A stretch of 64,000 nt of DNA from Lysobacter daejeonensis GH1-9 (GCF_000768355.1 NZ_AVPU01000017.1:3080-67079), one strand, 5' to 3'. Counted from the first letter of the stretch, positions 18,508 to 29,188 are shown. A program made the numbers and translations. The notes: generated by a model not told the origin, from the sequence alone.

Positions 18508-19704
18508 ATGTCCCTGTCGGCCTTGAGCGTCATGGTGGTCGAGGACCACGGCTTCCAGCGCCGGATGGCGTTGCGCCTGCTCGCCGAACTGGGTGTCACT
18601 GACGTTCACCAGGCCGCCGATGGTGCCGGCGCGTTAAGCCAGCTGGACGGCCTGGACCGGATCCCGGACGTGGTGATGGTCGACCTGGACATGCCGGGCA
18701 TGGACGGCATCGAATTCATCGGCCACGTCGCGCAGCGCCGGCTGGCCCGCGCGGTGGTGGTGGTCAGTGCCCTCGATGCGGCGCTGCTCAACACCGTGCA
18801 GACCATGGCCCACGCCTACGGCCTGCGCGTGCTGGGCAGCGTGGAGAAGCCGCTGACCCTGGACAAGCTGGCCGTCGCGCTGGAGGACTATGTCCACGGG
18901 CCGCACGACGATGTCGCTGACGAGCCCATGGAGATCAGCGCCAGCACCATCCGCGAGGCGCTGGCCGCCAACGAGATCACGCCGTGGTACCAGCCGCAGG
19001 TGGAGTTCGCCAATGCCCGCGTGGTCGGGGTGGAAGCCCTGGCACGCTGGGTCCGCGCGGATGGCCACGTGGTGCCTCCGACGCATTTCATCGGCCTGCT
19101 GGAGCGCGAGGGCCTGCTTGAGGCACTGACCGACCACATGCTGGTCCAGGCCTGCCGCGACAAGCGTCGCTGGGACGAGCAGGGCCTGCACCTGACGCTG
19201 TCGGTGAACGTGTCGCCGACCTCGCTGACGCTCAACAGCGCCGCCGACCGCTACCAGCGCCTGGTGGAGGCCGAGGGCGTGGACCCGGCCGACGTCATCC
19301 TGGAGATCACCGAGAGCTCGGTGATGGCCGATGCCGCGCGCGGACTGGGGGTGATGGCGCGCCTGCGGCTGAAGGGCTTCGGCCTGTCGATCGATGATTT
19401 CGGCACCGGCTGGTCGTCGCTGGCGCAGTTGTCGCAGGTGCCGTTCACCGAACTCAAGATCGACCAGGGGTTCGTATCGGGCGCGCACAAGCAACCGCGC
19501 AAGCGTGCGGTGGTCGAAGCCAGCCTGGACCTGGCGCGCAAGCTGGATCTGAAGGTCGTGGCCGAGGGCGTGGAAAGCATCGAGGACTGGCGGATGCTGG
19601 CCGAACTGGGTTGCGGCATCGCCCAGGGCACGCTGATCTCGCGCCCGGTGCCGGCGGCACTCGTGCCAGATGTAGTGGCGCACTGGCGGCGGCCGGGGGC
19701 CTGA
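18508..19704 (+). CDS. response regulator with receiver and EAL (c-di-GMP phosphodiesterase) domains
   Basis: REC motifs (VMVVEDH, D at VDLDMPGMDG) followed by an EAL domain (EALARW, EITES, DDFGTG, KIDQGF). Confidence 0.85.
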   Translation: MSLSALSVMVVEDHGFQRRMALRLLAELGVTDVHQAADGAGALSQLDGLDRIPDVVMVDLDMPGMDGIEFIGHVAQRRLARAVVVVSALDAALLNTVQTMAHAYGLRVLGSVEKPLTLDKLAVALEDYVHGPHDDVADEPMEISASTIREALAANEITPWYQPQVEFANARVVGVEALARWVRADGHVVPPTHFIGLLEREGLLEALTDHMLVQACRDKRRWDEQGLHLTLSVNVSPTSLTLNSAADRYQRLVEAEGVDPADVILEITESSVMADAARGLGVMARLRLKGFGLSIDDFGTGWSSLAQLSQVPFTELKIDQGFVSGAHKQPRKRAVVEASLDLARKLDLKVVAEGVESIEDWRMLAELGCGIAQGTLISRPVPAALVPDVVAHWRRPGA

Positions 19705-19712
19705 CGGGCGAC

Positions 19713-22670
19713 GTGGCCGGGTTCCTCGCCAGGCTCAGTTTCCGTCACCAGCTCTGGGCGTTGTTCGGCCTGTTCCTGCTCACCGGGGTGAGCGTGCTGG
19801 TCATCGACGAGGTGGCGCAGTACCGCGCGCGGCAGTCCTTGTTGATCCTCAAGGACGATTCGCTGCGGCGCATGGCCGTGCTCAAGCGCGTGTCCGACGC
19901 CTACGGCCTGGACATCGTCGACACCACCTTCCGCGTGCGCAACCACCTGATCCCGTGGCGCGAAGGCGTGGCGACGGTGGACGCGGCGCGCGTGCACATC
20001 GACGGCGAATGGGCGTTGCTGGCGGCGTTGCCGCAGGACGAGCGCGAGCGAGCGCTGCTGGACGAGGTGGCCGCCGCGCGGGTGCGCGCTGACCAGGCGG
20101 CGGTGAAACTACGCGGCATATTGGTGCGGCAGGACATCCGCGCATTGGGCCGCTTCGCCGACAGCGAACTGTACCCGGCGATCGACCCGGTGACCCGCCG
20201 GATCAAGGCGCTGTCGGACCTGGCGCAGGTGCGCGCCGATGCGCTGGTGGCCGCCGACGTGCGCCGCAACCGGCTGGTGAGCGCATTGCGCGTGGGCCTG
20301 TCGGTGCTGGCGTTGCTGGCCGCGGCGCTGATTGGCCGGCTCGTGTTGCGCAATGCCTACCGTGGGGTGGAAAGCCTGACCTGGCTGGCGCGGCGGATGC
20401 ACGCGCACGACTTCGACGCGCAGCCGCAATACCAGCCCCGTGGTGAGCTGGCCACGGTGATGGATGCGTTCGTCGACATGCGCCGCAACGTGGTGGCGTT
20501 TGAAGAGCGGCTCACCGAGAACCTGCGCCAGGTCGAACGCACCCGCGCCGAGTTGGCACGGCGCGAGCGCTTCCTCAGCTCGCTGTTGGCCGCGGCGCAG
20601 GCGGCGATCCTAGCGGTGGACCGCGACGGGCGCTGGACCGTGTTCAACCCCTTCGCCGAACGCATGCTCGGCTGGCGGGCCGACGACATCCTCGGCAAGG
20701 TGGTGCGCTACGGCGGCCAACCGCGCCCGGACGACGGGCCGCTGCTGGTGCCGCCACAGGAGATCGAGCGCGTCGCGGCGCGCCTGGGGCAGATGCTCAG
20801 TCGACCGGTGCCCACCGACTGGCGCGCGCTGGAGGCGTTGGCCTCGCTGCGCCTGCCCCCCGGCGAGGCGCTGCTGCGCCACCGCGACGGCCACCTGGTG
20901 CCGGTGCTGATCGCGCTGTCGCCGGTGGACGACGAACACGGCCGTGCCGCCGGCGTGATTGCGGTGGCCACCGATCTCACCCAGTTCAAGCAACTGGAAC
21001 AGGAACTGCGCGACAGCGAGGCGCGCGCGCAGCATGCCAGCGAGGCCAAGTCCTCGTTCCTGGCCGCGATGAGCCACGAGATCCGCACGCCGATGATCGG
21101 CGTGACCGGCATGATCGAGGTGCTCGCGCACTCGCAGCTGGATGCCGACCAGCGGCGCGCGCTGAACGTGATCCAGGAGTCGTCGCAGTCGCTGCTGCGG
21201 ATCATCGGCGACATCCTGGACTTCTCCAAGATCGAAGCCGGCCGGTTGGCGCTGGTGCCCGAGCCCATGAGCCTGCCGGCGCTGGTGCGCAGCACGGTGG
21301 CCAACTACCTGGGCTCGGCGTCGAGCAAGGGGCTGGCGCTGGAATGCCACATCGACCCGAGGGTGGCGCCGGCCTACCGCGCCGACCCGCTGCGATTGCG
21401 GCAGATCCTGGCCAATTTCCTGTCCAACGCGATCAAGTTCACCGAGGCCGGGCGGGTGGACGTGGCGCTGGAATGGCTGGGCGCGGACATGCCGGAAGTG
21501 GGCGAAGGGCTGGGCGCCGACCAGCTGTGCCTGCGCGTGACCGACACCGGTATCGGCGTGGGCGTCGAGCAGCAGCAACACCTGTTCGAACCCTTCAGCC
21601 AGGCCGATGGCGATACCACGCGCCGCTTCGGCGGCACCGGGCTCGGGCTGGCAATCTGCCGGCGGTTGGCCGAGCTGATGGGCGGCGCGGTCAGCATGCA
21701 GAGCGCCGCGGGCAGCGGCACCACCCTGCGCCTGCAGGTGACCTTGCCGCGCGTGCGCGCGGAGGACCTGCCAGCGACGCCGGCGGCCAAGGCCACGCAC
21801 GAGGGCTTCACCCCGCGTCCGCTGCCGAGCGTGGAACAGGCGCGACGCGAAGGTTCGCTGGTGCTGCTGGTGGACGACCACCCCATCAACCGCATGGTGA
21901 TCGCGCGGCAGCTGGCCCTGGCCGGCTATGCCAGCGAGGCTGCCGAGGACGGCCTGCACGGCCTGGCGCGCTGGCGCGCGGGCGGTTATGGACTGGTGCT
22001 GTCGGACGTGCACATGCCCGGCCTGGACGGCTACGACTTCGCCCGCGCGATCCGCGAGGAGGAGGCGCGCAGCGGGCGGCAGCGCATCCCGATCGTGGCC
22101 CTTACCGCCTCGGCGCTGAAGGGCGAGGCCGAGCGCTGCATCGCCGCGGGCATGGACGACTACCTGGCCAAGCCGGTGAGCGTGCCCACGCTGGCGGCGT
22201 GCCTGCAGCGCTGGTTGCCGGGCACCGCGCCCGCGGAGTTCCCCGCCGGCACGGAGCCAATGCCGACGGAAGAGGGCGCCTTGTCGGCAACTGCGGCTCC
22301 CGCGGCGGGCGTGACCCCACAGCTCGACCATCCCCCCGCGCTCGACCCCGCCGTGCTCGCCGACCTCACCGGCGGCGACGCCGCGGAGACCCGCAGCGTG
22401 CTCCACGACTACCTGGCCAGCGTCGACCATGACCTGGGCGCATTGTTCGCCGCGCGCGATGCCGGTGACCTCGTGGCCGTCACCCGCGAGGCGCACAAGC
22501 TGAAAGGCGCGGCCCGGCTGGTCGGCGCGCAGGACCTGGCCAAGGCCGCCGGCGAACTGGAGGATGCCGCCCGCCAGGGCGGCTGGGCCGAGGCGCGGGT
22601 GTTGGCAGCCCACGTCGAGACCGCGGTGCAGCACCTGCACCTGTTCGTGCGCGAGCGCTACCCCGAGTAG
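19713..22670 (+). CDS. hybrid sensor histidine kinase/response regulator with HAMP, PAS, HisKA, HATPase, REC and Hpt domains
   Basis: H-box SHEIRTPM; G-box GTGLGLAIC; REC DDHPINR...SDVHMPGLDG; C-terminal Hpt HKLKGAARLVGA. The start is uncertain: GTG 19713 lies just after the upstream stop, while the track ORF starts at 19611 and overlaps the EAL gene. Confidence 0.8.
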   Translation: MAGFLARLSFRHQLWALFGLFLLTGVSVLVIDEVAQYRARQSLLILKDDSLRRMAVLKRVSDAYGLDIVDTTFRVRNHLIPWREGVATVDAARVHIDGEWALLAALPQDERERALLDEVAAARVRADQAAVKLRGILVRQDIRALGRFADSELYPAIDPVTRRIKALSDLAQVRADALVAADVRRNRLVSALRVGLSVLALLAAALIGRLVLRNAYRGVESLTWLARRMHAHDFDAQPQYQPRGELATVMDAFVDMRRNVVAFEERLTENLRQVERTRAELARRERFLSSLLAAAQAAILAVDRDGRWTVFNPFAERMLGWRADDILGKVVRYGGQPRPDDGPLLVPPQEIERVAARLGQMLSRPVPTDWRALEALASLRLPPGEALLRHRDGHLVPVLIALSPVDDEHGRAAGVIAVATDLTQFKQLEQELRDSEARAQHASEAKSSFLAAMSHEIRTPMIGVTGMIEVLAHSQLDADQRRALNVIQESSQSLLRIIGDILDFSKIEAGRLALVPEPMSLPALVRSTVANYLGSASSKGLALECHIDPRVAPAYRADPLRLRQILANFLSNAIKFTEAGRVDVALEWLGADMPEVGEGLGADQLCLRVTDTGIGVGVEQQQHLFEPFSQADGDTTRRFGGTGLGLAICRRLAELMGGAVSMQSAAGSGTTLRLQVTLPRVRAEDLPATPAAKATHEGFTPRPLPSVEQARREGSLVLLVDDHPINRMVIARQLALAGYASEAAEDGLHGLARWRAGGYGLVLSDVHMPGLDGYDFARAIREEEARSGRQRIPIVALTASALKGEAERCIAAGMDDYLAKPVSVPTLAACLQRWLPGTAPAEFPAGTEPMPTEEGALSATAAPAAGVTPQLDHPPALDPAVLADLTGGDAAETRSVLHDYLASVDHDLGALFAARDAGDLVAVTREAHKLKGAARLVGAQDLAKAAGELEDAARQGGWAEARVLAAHVETAVQHLHLFVRERYPE

Positions 22671-22753
22671 GTCGCGATCCGCCGATCGTCGCAACGTCGC
22701 GTGGCTGACGGCACGCTAGCATGGCCCCTTCGCCCTCCGACCTGGATACCGGC

Positions 22754-24484
22754 ATGCGTCCGTTGATCGCTGCGCTCCTGCTCGCCTTGCCCCTGGCCAG
22801 CCCGGCCGCCGACCGCATCACCGGCAAGCCCTTCGCCACCCGCAGCGAGGTCTACGCGCCACACGCGATGGCCGCGACCTCGCACCCGCTGGCCACCCAG
22901 GTTGCGCTGGACGTGATGAAGGCCGGCGGCAGTGCCGTCGATGCGGCGATCGCCGCCAATGCCGCGCTTGGCTTGATGGAGCCGACCGGCAACGGCGTCG
23001 GCGGCGACCTGTTCGCCATCGTCTGGGACCCGAAGACCCGCAAGCTGCACGGCTACAACGGCTCCGGCCGCTCGCCCAAGGCGCTGACGCTCGCGGAATT
23101 CCAGCGTCGCGGGTTGCAGGCCATTCCGGCGCATGGCCCGTTGCCGGTGACCGTGCCGGGTACCGTGGATGCGTGGTTCGCCTTGCACCAGCGCTTCGGC
23201 CGCCGCTCGATGGCTGACAACCTCGCGCCCGCGATCGGCTACGCGCGCGACGGTCATCCGGTGCACGAGGTGATCGCCTACTACTGGGGCCGCTCGGTGC
23301 CGACGTTGTCGAAGTGGCCTGGATTCAGCGAGCAGTTCACCGTGCCGTGTGGCGCCAAGGAGACCGGTTGCACCAACGGCCGCCGTGGCCCCCGCACCGG
23401 CGAGACGTGGAAGAACCCGCACCTGGCCGCCACGCTGGGCGCCATCGCGCGCGGCGGCCGCGATGCGTTCTACAAGGGCGACATCGCGCGCCGCATCGAC
23501 GCCTATTTCAAGGCCCACGACGGCTTCCTCGCGTACGACGACCTCGCCGCGCACAAGGGCGAATGGGTCGAACCGGTCAGCACCAACTACCGCGGCTTCG
23601 ATGTGTGGGAACTGCCGCCCAACGGCCAGGGCATTGCCGCGCTGCAGATCCTCAACCTGCTGGAGCCCTACGACCTCAAGGCCTACGGTTTCGGCAGCCC
23701 GGAGCACGTGCACCTGTTCACCGAGGCCAAGAAGCTCGCCTTCGCCGATCGCGCGGCCTCCTATGCCGATCCGGACTACTACCGCACGCCCGTCGCCACG
23801 CTGGTGTCGAAGGCGTACGCGCGTGAGCGCGGCAAGCTGATCTCGATGGAGCGCGCGATGAAGGCCGCCGAGCCCGGCGTGATCCCGCAGCTCAACGAAG
23901 GCGACACCATCTACATGACCGTCGCCGACGCCGACGGCATGATGGTCTCGCTGATCCAGTCCAACTACCGCGGCATGGGCAGCGGCATGGCGCCGCCGGG
24001 GCTGGGCTTCATCTTCCAAGACCGCGGCGAGCAGTTCGTGCTGAAGGAAGGCCATCCCAATGCGTTCGCGCCGGGCAAGCGGCCGTTCCACACCATCATC
24101 CCGGCGTTCGTCACCAAGGACGGCAAGCCGTGGCTCAGCTACGGGGTGATGGGCGGCGCGATGCAGCCGCAGGGCCACGTGCAGATCCTGCTCAACCTGA
24201 TCGACTTCGGCATGAACCTGCAGGAAGCCGGTGACGCGCCGCGCATCCAGCACGATGGCTCGACCGAACCCGCCGGCCAGGCCACGGCGATGGCCGACGG
24301 CGGCGAACTGGACCTGGAGTCCGGTTTCCCGTACGAGACGGTGCGCGCGCTGATGCGCAAGGGCCACAGCGTGCGCTTCGCCGACGGTCCCTACGGCGGC
24401 TACCAGGCGATCATGGTCAATCCGCATGGCGGCTACATCGGCGCCAGTGAATCGCGCAAGGACGGGCAGGCGGCAGGTTACTGA
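22754..24484 (+). CDS. ggt: gamma-glutamyltransferase
   Basis: Signal peptide MRPLIAALLLALPLASPAA; GGT family motifs including the autoprocessing TTH-like site region (T391 context DTIYMTVADADG); 577 aa. Confidence 0.85.
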   Translation: MRPLIAALLLALPLASPAADRITGKPFATRSEVYAPHAMAATSHPLATQVALDVMKAGGSAVDAAIAANAALGLMEPTGNGVGGDLFAIVWDPKTRKLHGYNGSGRSPKALTLAEFQRRGLQAIPAHGPLPVTVPGTVDAWFALHQRFGRRSMADNLAPAIGYARDGHPVHEVIAYYWGRSVPTLSKWPGFSEQFTVPCGAKETGCTNGRRGPRTGETWKNPHLAATLGAIARGGRDAFYKGDIARRIDAYFKAHDGFLAYDDLAAHKGEWVEPVSTNYRGFDVWELPPNGQGIAALQILNLLEPYDLKAYGFGSPEHVHLFTEAKKLAFADRAASYADPDYYRTPVATLVSKAYARERGKLISMERAMKAAEPGVIPQLNEGDTIYMTVADADGMMVSLIQSNYRGMGSGMAPPGLGFIFQDRGEQFVLKEGHPNAFAPGKRPFHTIIPAFVTKDGKPWLSYGVMGGAMQPQGHVQILLNLIDFGMNLQEAGDAPRIQHDGSTEPAGQATAMADGGELDLESGFPYETVRALMRKGHSVRFADGPYGGYQAIMVNPHGGYIGASESRKDGQAAGY

Positions 24485-25392
24485 TGGCCTTCGATGCGTT
24501 TGCCCTGGTGCTGGCGATGCTGGCGCTGGGCTACCTGTTCCAGCGCCTGCGGGTGTTGCCGGACGATTCGGCGCAAACCCTGAACCTGGTGGTGCTGTAC
24601 GTGTGCCTGCCGGCGGCGGTGTTGCGCTATGCGCCGCGCCTGCATTTCGAACCGGCACTGGTGGGCGTCGTCGCGGTGCCGTGGCTGCTGCTCGGCGCCA
24701 CCGTGCTGCTGGTGGGCGCGCTGGCGCGCTGGTTGAAGTTCCGCAATGACGAGCGCGCGGTCTTGCTGCTGACCGTGGCGTTGGGCAACACCAGTTTCCT
24801 CGGCTACCCGCTGACCCGCGCGCTGATCGGCGAACACGCGCTGCCGTACGCGGTGATCTACGATCAGTTCGGTGCGTTCCTGATCATGTCGACCTTTGGC
24901 CTGTGGGTGCTGGCGCGCTACGGCGGCGACCACACCCCATCGGCCGGCGACATCGCGCGCCGCATCGTGCGCTTTCCGCCGCTGTGGGCGCTGGTGGTGG
25001 GCTTCACGGTGATGCCCGCCGAGCCGCCGGCGTGGATCGCCGGTGGCCTGCAGCGCCTGTCCGACGCGCTGTTGCCCCTGGCCATGCTCACCATCGGTCT
25101 GTCGGTGCGCTTGTCGTTGCCGCGCGACGAACTCAAACCGCTGGCCACCGGTCTGCTGCTGAAGCTGGCCGTGATGCCGGCGCTGGCGTGGGCCTTGGTT
25201 CCGTTGCTGGGCCTGCACGGCGACATGGCCCGCACCACCGTCCTGGAAGCGGCCATGCCCTCGATGGTCACCGCCGGCGCGCTGGCCATCGCCCACAACC
25301 TGGCGCCGCGGCTGGCCGCGGCGATGGTGGGCTACGGCCTGCTGCTGTCGCTGCTGACCTTGCCGGCGTGGGTGCACGTGCCCGTGGGGTAG
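24484..25392 (+). CDS. AEC family transporter (auxin efflux carrier/malate permease-like)
   Basis: 302 aa, ~10 TM helices, AEC family pattern. Start overlaps the ggt stop (TGATG). Confidence 0.75.
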   Translation: MAFDAFALVLAMLALGYLFQRLRVLPDDSAQTLNLVVLYVCLPAAVLRYAPRLHFEPALVGVVAVPWLLLGATVLLVGALARWLKFRNDERAVLLLTVALGNTSFLGYPLTRALIGEHALPYAVIYDQFGAFLIMSTFGLWVLARYGGDHTPSAGDIARRIVRFPPLWALVVGFTVMPAEPPAWIAGGLQRLSDALLPLAMLTIGLSVRLSLPRDELKPLATGLLLKLAVMPALAWALVPLLGLHGDMARTTVLEAAMPSMVTAGALAIAHNLAPRLAAAMVGYGLLLSLLTLPAWVHVPVG

Positions 25393-25487
25393 GCGTCGCG
25401 AAGGTGGCCGACGCGCAGGTGGCCGCCCGCGCCACTCCCGGTGTACGCTGCGGTTCCCGTCCGGTGTAAGCGCCAAAGGTGGGCTTG

Positions 25488-26120
25488 ATGAGAACCGTGC
25501 TGGTCGCCAGCTCCAAGGGGGGCGTGGGCAAGACCACGATCGCCACCCATCTTGCCGCGCAGGCGGCCATCGAGGGCCTGCGCACCGCCCTGGTCGATGC
25601 CGACCCACAGCGCTCGTCCACCCGCTGGGCCGAGAAGCGCGCGGGGCTGGACACCGCCGTGCTGCCGCTGGATGGCACCCGCCGCAAGGCGTGGCGTAAG
25701 CAGATGCCAGACGATACCCAGCAGGTGGTGGTTGACGCCCCCGCCGGGGCGATGGCCGACGATCTCGAGCCGTTCCTCGAACATGTCGATGCGCTGATCG
25801 TCCCCATACAGCCGTCCACCCTCGACATCGAGGCCACCGTGCCGTTCCTCGACTCGCTCGCGCAGCACCCGCGCGTGCGCAAGGGCAGCCTGCGGGTAGG
25901 GTTGGTCGGCAACAAGCTCAAGCCGTGGACCAACGCCTCGCAGCAGGCGGTGGAGCTGCTGCGCGCCTGGCCATATCCGATGGTGGCGCAGCTGCGCGAC
26001 AGCCAGGCGTACGTGGTGATGACCGGGCTGGGCAAGAGTCTGTTCGACTACCACTCCGCGCAGGTGCGCGACCACCAGTCCGACTGGCAGCCGCTGTTGA
26101 AGTGGTTGCGCAAGCCCTGA
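25488..26120 (+). CDS. ParA/MinD-like ATPase (orphan ParA)
   Basis: Deviant Walker A SKGGVGKTT. AAGGTGG RBS upstream of ATG 25488. Confidence 0.8.
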   Translation: MRTVLVASSKGGVGKTTIATHLAAQAAIEGLRTALVDADPQRSSTRWAEKRAGLDTAVLPLDGTRRKAWRKQMPDDTQQVVVDAPAGAMADDLEPFLEHVDALIVPIQPSTLDIEATVPFLDSLAQHPRVRKGSLRVGLVGNKLKPWTNASQQAVELLRAWPYPMVAQLRDSQAYVVMTGLGKSLFDYHSAQVRDHQSDWQPLLKWLRKP

Positions 26121-26142
26121 CCTCCGCCGGAAAACCGACCGA

Positions 26143-26619
26143 ATGCGCGAACTGATCCTGCTCCGCCACGCCCACGCCGAAGCGGCCTCCGCCGGCCAGG
26201 CCGACCTGGACCGCCCGCTGTCCGCCGAAGGCCTGGCCGAGGCCGAGGCCGCCGGTCGCTGGCTGGCGGAAAACCACCTGATCCCCGACTGCGTGCTGTG
26301 CTCGCCGTCGCGGCGCACCCGCGAGACGCTGGAAGCGGTGCTGGGGGCCATCGGTTACATCGACCAGCGCATCGAGCCGGCGATCTACGAGGCCACGCCC
26401 GGCACCCTGATCGGCCTGGCCGACGCCAACGTCGAAGTTGGACGGTTGATGCTGGTGGGCCACAACCCCGGCCTGGAGCGGCTGGCCGCATTGCTGCACA
26501 GCGGCCAGTCGGGTGACTACCGGGGCATGCCGCCCGCCGGGATCGCCGTGCTCCACGTCCCCACCGAGACCGCGCTGGAGCCTGGCATCGCCCAGCTGTC
26601 CGCCTTCTGGTGGCCGTGA
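26143..26619 (+). CDS. sixA: phosphohistidine phosphatase SixA / histidine phosphatase family
   Basis: N-terminal LILLRHAHAE (RHG motif of histidine phosphatases); 158 aa. Confidence 0.75.
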   Translation: MRELILLRHAHAEAASAGQADLDRPLSAEGLAEAEAAGRWLAENHLIPDCVLCSPSRRTRETLEAVLGAIGYIDQRIEPAIYEATPGTLIGLADANVEVGRLMLVGHNPGLERLAALLHSGQSGDYRGMPPAGIAVLHVPTETALEPGIAQLSAFWWP

Positions 26620-27179
26620 CCCGGCGCTGGTTCCGCTGGCTGGCCGCCGCAGTCTGTTGCGCCGGGGCGGCTTCGGCCGGTGCACAGGAGATCGACAGCG
26701 AACGTTCACGCATTGGCTTCGAGCTGCGCACGCGCTGGGGCCAGCGCGTGGACGGCACCTTCGCCCGCCACCAGGGCATGGTCACCGCCCTGGCCGACGG
26801 CCGCCAGCAGGTGCAACTCACGCTGGCGGCGGCCGCGATCGAAGTGGCCGATTCAACGTATTACACGGTGATGGCGCGCGGCCCGCAGTTCTTCGACGCC
26901 GCGCGCTATCCCTACATCGATTTCCTGTCCGAGCCGCACCGCGAGGCGCTGGTGCATGACGGCGGCAAGCTGCGCGGCAAGCTCACCCTGCATGGCGTGA
27001 CCCGCAGCGAGTCCTTCATACTGCAGCCTGCGGAATGCGCGCGACCGGGCCGGGACTGCGATGTGGTCGCCACCGGTGTCATCAATCGCGCCGACTACGG
27101 CCTGAGCGGCTACCGGTTGGTGCTGTCCGACTGGGTGCGCTTCACCATGCGGGTCAGGTTGAAGAACGAGGACGAATGA
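26610..27179 (+). CDS. YceI family periplasmic protein
   Basis: Signal peptide then the YceI-like polyisoprenoid-binding pattern (IDSERSRIGFEL...GTFARHQGMV...RGKLTLHGVTR). GTG start overlaps the sixA stop. Confidence 0.7.
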   Translation: MAVTRRWFRWLAAAVCCAGAASAGAQEIDSERSRIGFELRTRWGQRVDGTFARHQGMVTALADGRQQVQLTLAAAAIEVADSTYYTVMARGPQFFDAARYPYIDFLSEPHREALVHDGGKLRGKLTLHGVTRSESFILQPAECARPGRDCDVVATGVINRADYGLSGYRLVLSDWVRFTMRVRLKNEDE

Positions 27180-29188
27180 CGGGTTTGCGATCCATCGTGG
27201 TCGCCACGCTGGCGCTGTGGCTGGCCGCGTGTGCGACGTTGTCGCCGGCACAGCGCGACCAGGCCGCCACCGTGGCCGCGCAGGCGCGTGCCGCCACCAC
27301 CGTGGACTGCGCCGCGGCGGACGCGTGTGCGCAGCCGTCGCCGCTGCGCCGCCTGGCCGGCGAGGCATTCGCCGCTTCCACCCCGGAAGCGCCGCGCCAT
27401 TACGCGCTGATCCTGGACCACGGCCCGGATGCGCTGCTGGCACGGATCAACCTGATCCGCAGCGCCACCACCACCATCGACCTGCAGACCTACATCTTCG
27501 ACGAGGACGACGCCGGCCGCCTGGTGATCGACGAGCTGCTGGCCGCCGCGCGCCGTGGCGTGCGCGTGCGACTGCTGCTGGACCAGCTGGCGGCGCTGGA
27601 AAAGATTGAAACCCTCGCCGCGCTGGCCGGCGCGCACGCCAACCTCGAAGTGCGGGTGTACAACCCGGTGCTTGGGCGCGCGCGCATCAGCTACCCGCAA
27701 TACGCACTGGCCGCGGCCTGTTGCTGGCGCCGGCTGAACCAGCGCATGCACACCAAGCTGCTGTTGATCGACGGCGCGGTGGGCATCACCGGCGGCCGCA
27801 ACTACCAGGACGACTATTACGACTGGGATGCCACCTATAACTTCCGCGACCGCGACGTGCTGGTCGCCGGGCCGGTGGCGCGCGAGATGGACGCGGATTT
27901 CGTGCGGTTCTGGGAGGACGCCCGCAGCGTGCCGGCCGAACGCCTGAACGATGTCGGTCGCGAGTTGCTGGCGCGTGGCGTGCCGGCACTGCCGCCCGCG
28001 CGCTTCCAGCGCCCGGAGCGTGCCGAGCGCATGCGTACCGATGCCGCCGATAGCGGCCTGGTCGAACAGCGGCTGGTCACGCCGGCACTGCCGGTGGGCG
28101 CCGTCGGCTACATCTCCGACACTCCGGCCAAGCACGAAGGCGGTGCCGAGGGCAACGCGCATGCCTCGCATTCGTTGCGCCGGCTGATTGAATCGGCGCA
28201 GCACGAGGTGATGCTGCAGACGCCGTACCTGGTGCTGTCCAAGCCGGCGCAGGACATGTTCCGCACGCTGCGTGCGCGCACCGATCCGCCAAGGGTGATC
28301 GTGTCGACCAACAGCCTGGCGGCGACCGATGCGTTCATCGCCTATGCGCTGTCGTACAAGTACAAGCGCCGTTACCTGCGCGAATTTGGCTTCAATATCT
28401 ATGAGTTCAAGCCATTCCCCGCGGATGCGCCGATCGACGTGGCCACGACGGGGGCCACGTTGCCGCCATTGATCGGCGTTCCCGGTGATGATCCAGGTAC
28501 CACGCCCACCGGGACGGCCAGTGACGGTGCGCCGGCCGTGGCCGACGCGATCCGCGACGCCCCCGTTTCACGGGCGCGGGCGACCCGCCCACGCCGCGAC
28601 TTCGGCAGCGTCCGCCGGCCGCGCACCAATTATCGCGACCCGCTGTCGCGCGAACACGCCGCGTTGCGCTTCGGTTCGCGCGGCGCCAACGAGCCGGTGC
28701 CGCTCAAGCGCGCCGGCGTGCGCATCGGCCTGCACGCCAAGTCGATGGTGATCGATGGCCGCATCGGCGTGGTCGGTACGCACAACTTCGATCCGCGTGG
28801 TGACGACTACAACACCGAGAGCGCGGTGGTGATCGAGGATGCCGCGTTCGCGCAGGCGCTGGCGGCCAGCATCCGCCGCGACATCGCGCCGGCCAACGCC
28901 TGGGTGATCGCGCGCCGCGACCGGCCGCCGGTGCTGTCGGGGCTCAACTACTCGCTGGGCAAGGCGTTCGAGACGCTGCCGGTGTTCGATTTCTGGCCGG
29001 TGCGCTATGCCACGAGCTACGAGTTCGTGCCCGGGCCCGCGTGCCCGCAACCGGTGCCGCCGGACGCGCCCGGCTTCCGCGCCTGCTACCGACCGGTCGG
29101 CGATTTCCCCGAGGTGGACCTCGGGCTGAAGAGCCTGACCACGCGGATCTTCACTGCGTTCGGGGCCGGGCTGGCACCGATCCTGTAG
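27176..29188 (+). CDS. phospholipase D family lipoprotein (two HKD motifs; cardiolipin-synthase-like)
   Basis: Lipoprotein signal LALWLAACATL; HKD motifs HTKLLLIDGAVGITGGRN and HAKSMVIDGRIGVVGTHNFDPRG. ATGA overlap with the yceI stop. Confidence 0.8.
   Translation: MTGLRSIVVATLALWLAACATLSPAQRDQAATVAAQARAATTVDCAAADACAQPSPLRRLAGEAFAASTPEAPRHYALILDHGPDALLARINLIRSATTTIDLQTYIFDEDDAGRLVIDELLAAARRGVRVRLLLDQLAALEKIETLAALAGAHANLEVRVYNPVLGRARISYPQYALAAACCWRRLNQRMHTKLLLIDGAVGITGGRNYQDDYYDWDATYNFRDRDVLVAGPVAREMDADFVRFWEDARSVPAERLNDVGRELLARGVPALPPARFQRPERAERMRTDAADSGLVEQRLVTPALPVGAVGYISDTPAKHEGGAEGNAHASHSLRRLIESAQHEVMLQTPYLVLSKPAQDMFRTLRARTDPPRVIVSTNSLAATDAFIAYALSYKYKRRYLREFGFNIYEFKPFPADAPIDVATTGATLPPLIGVPGDDPGTTPTGTASDGAPAVADAIRDAPVSRARATRPRRDFGSVRRPRTNYRDPLSREHAALRFGSRGANEPVPLKRAGVRIGLHAKSMVIDGRIGVVGTHNFDPRGDDYNTESAVVIEDAAFAQALAASIRRDIAPANAWVIARRDRPPVLSGLNYSLGKAFETLPVFDFWPVRYATSYEFVPGPACPQPVPPDAPGFRACYRPVGDFPEVDLGLKSLTTRIFTAFGAGLAPIL

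Noticed and set aside
20610-24658. Reverse ORFs 20610-22694 and 22658-24658
   Set aside because: They are antisense to the hybrid kinase and ggt, and their translations are low-complexity.
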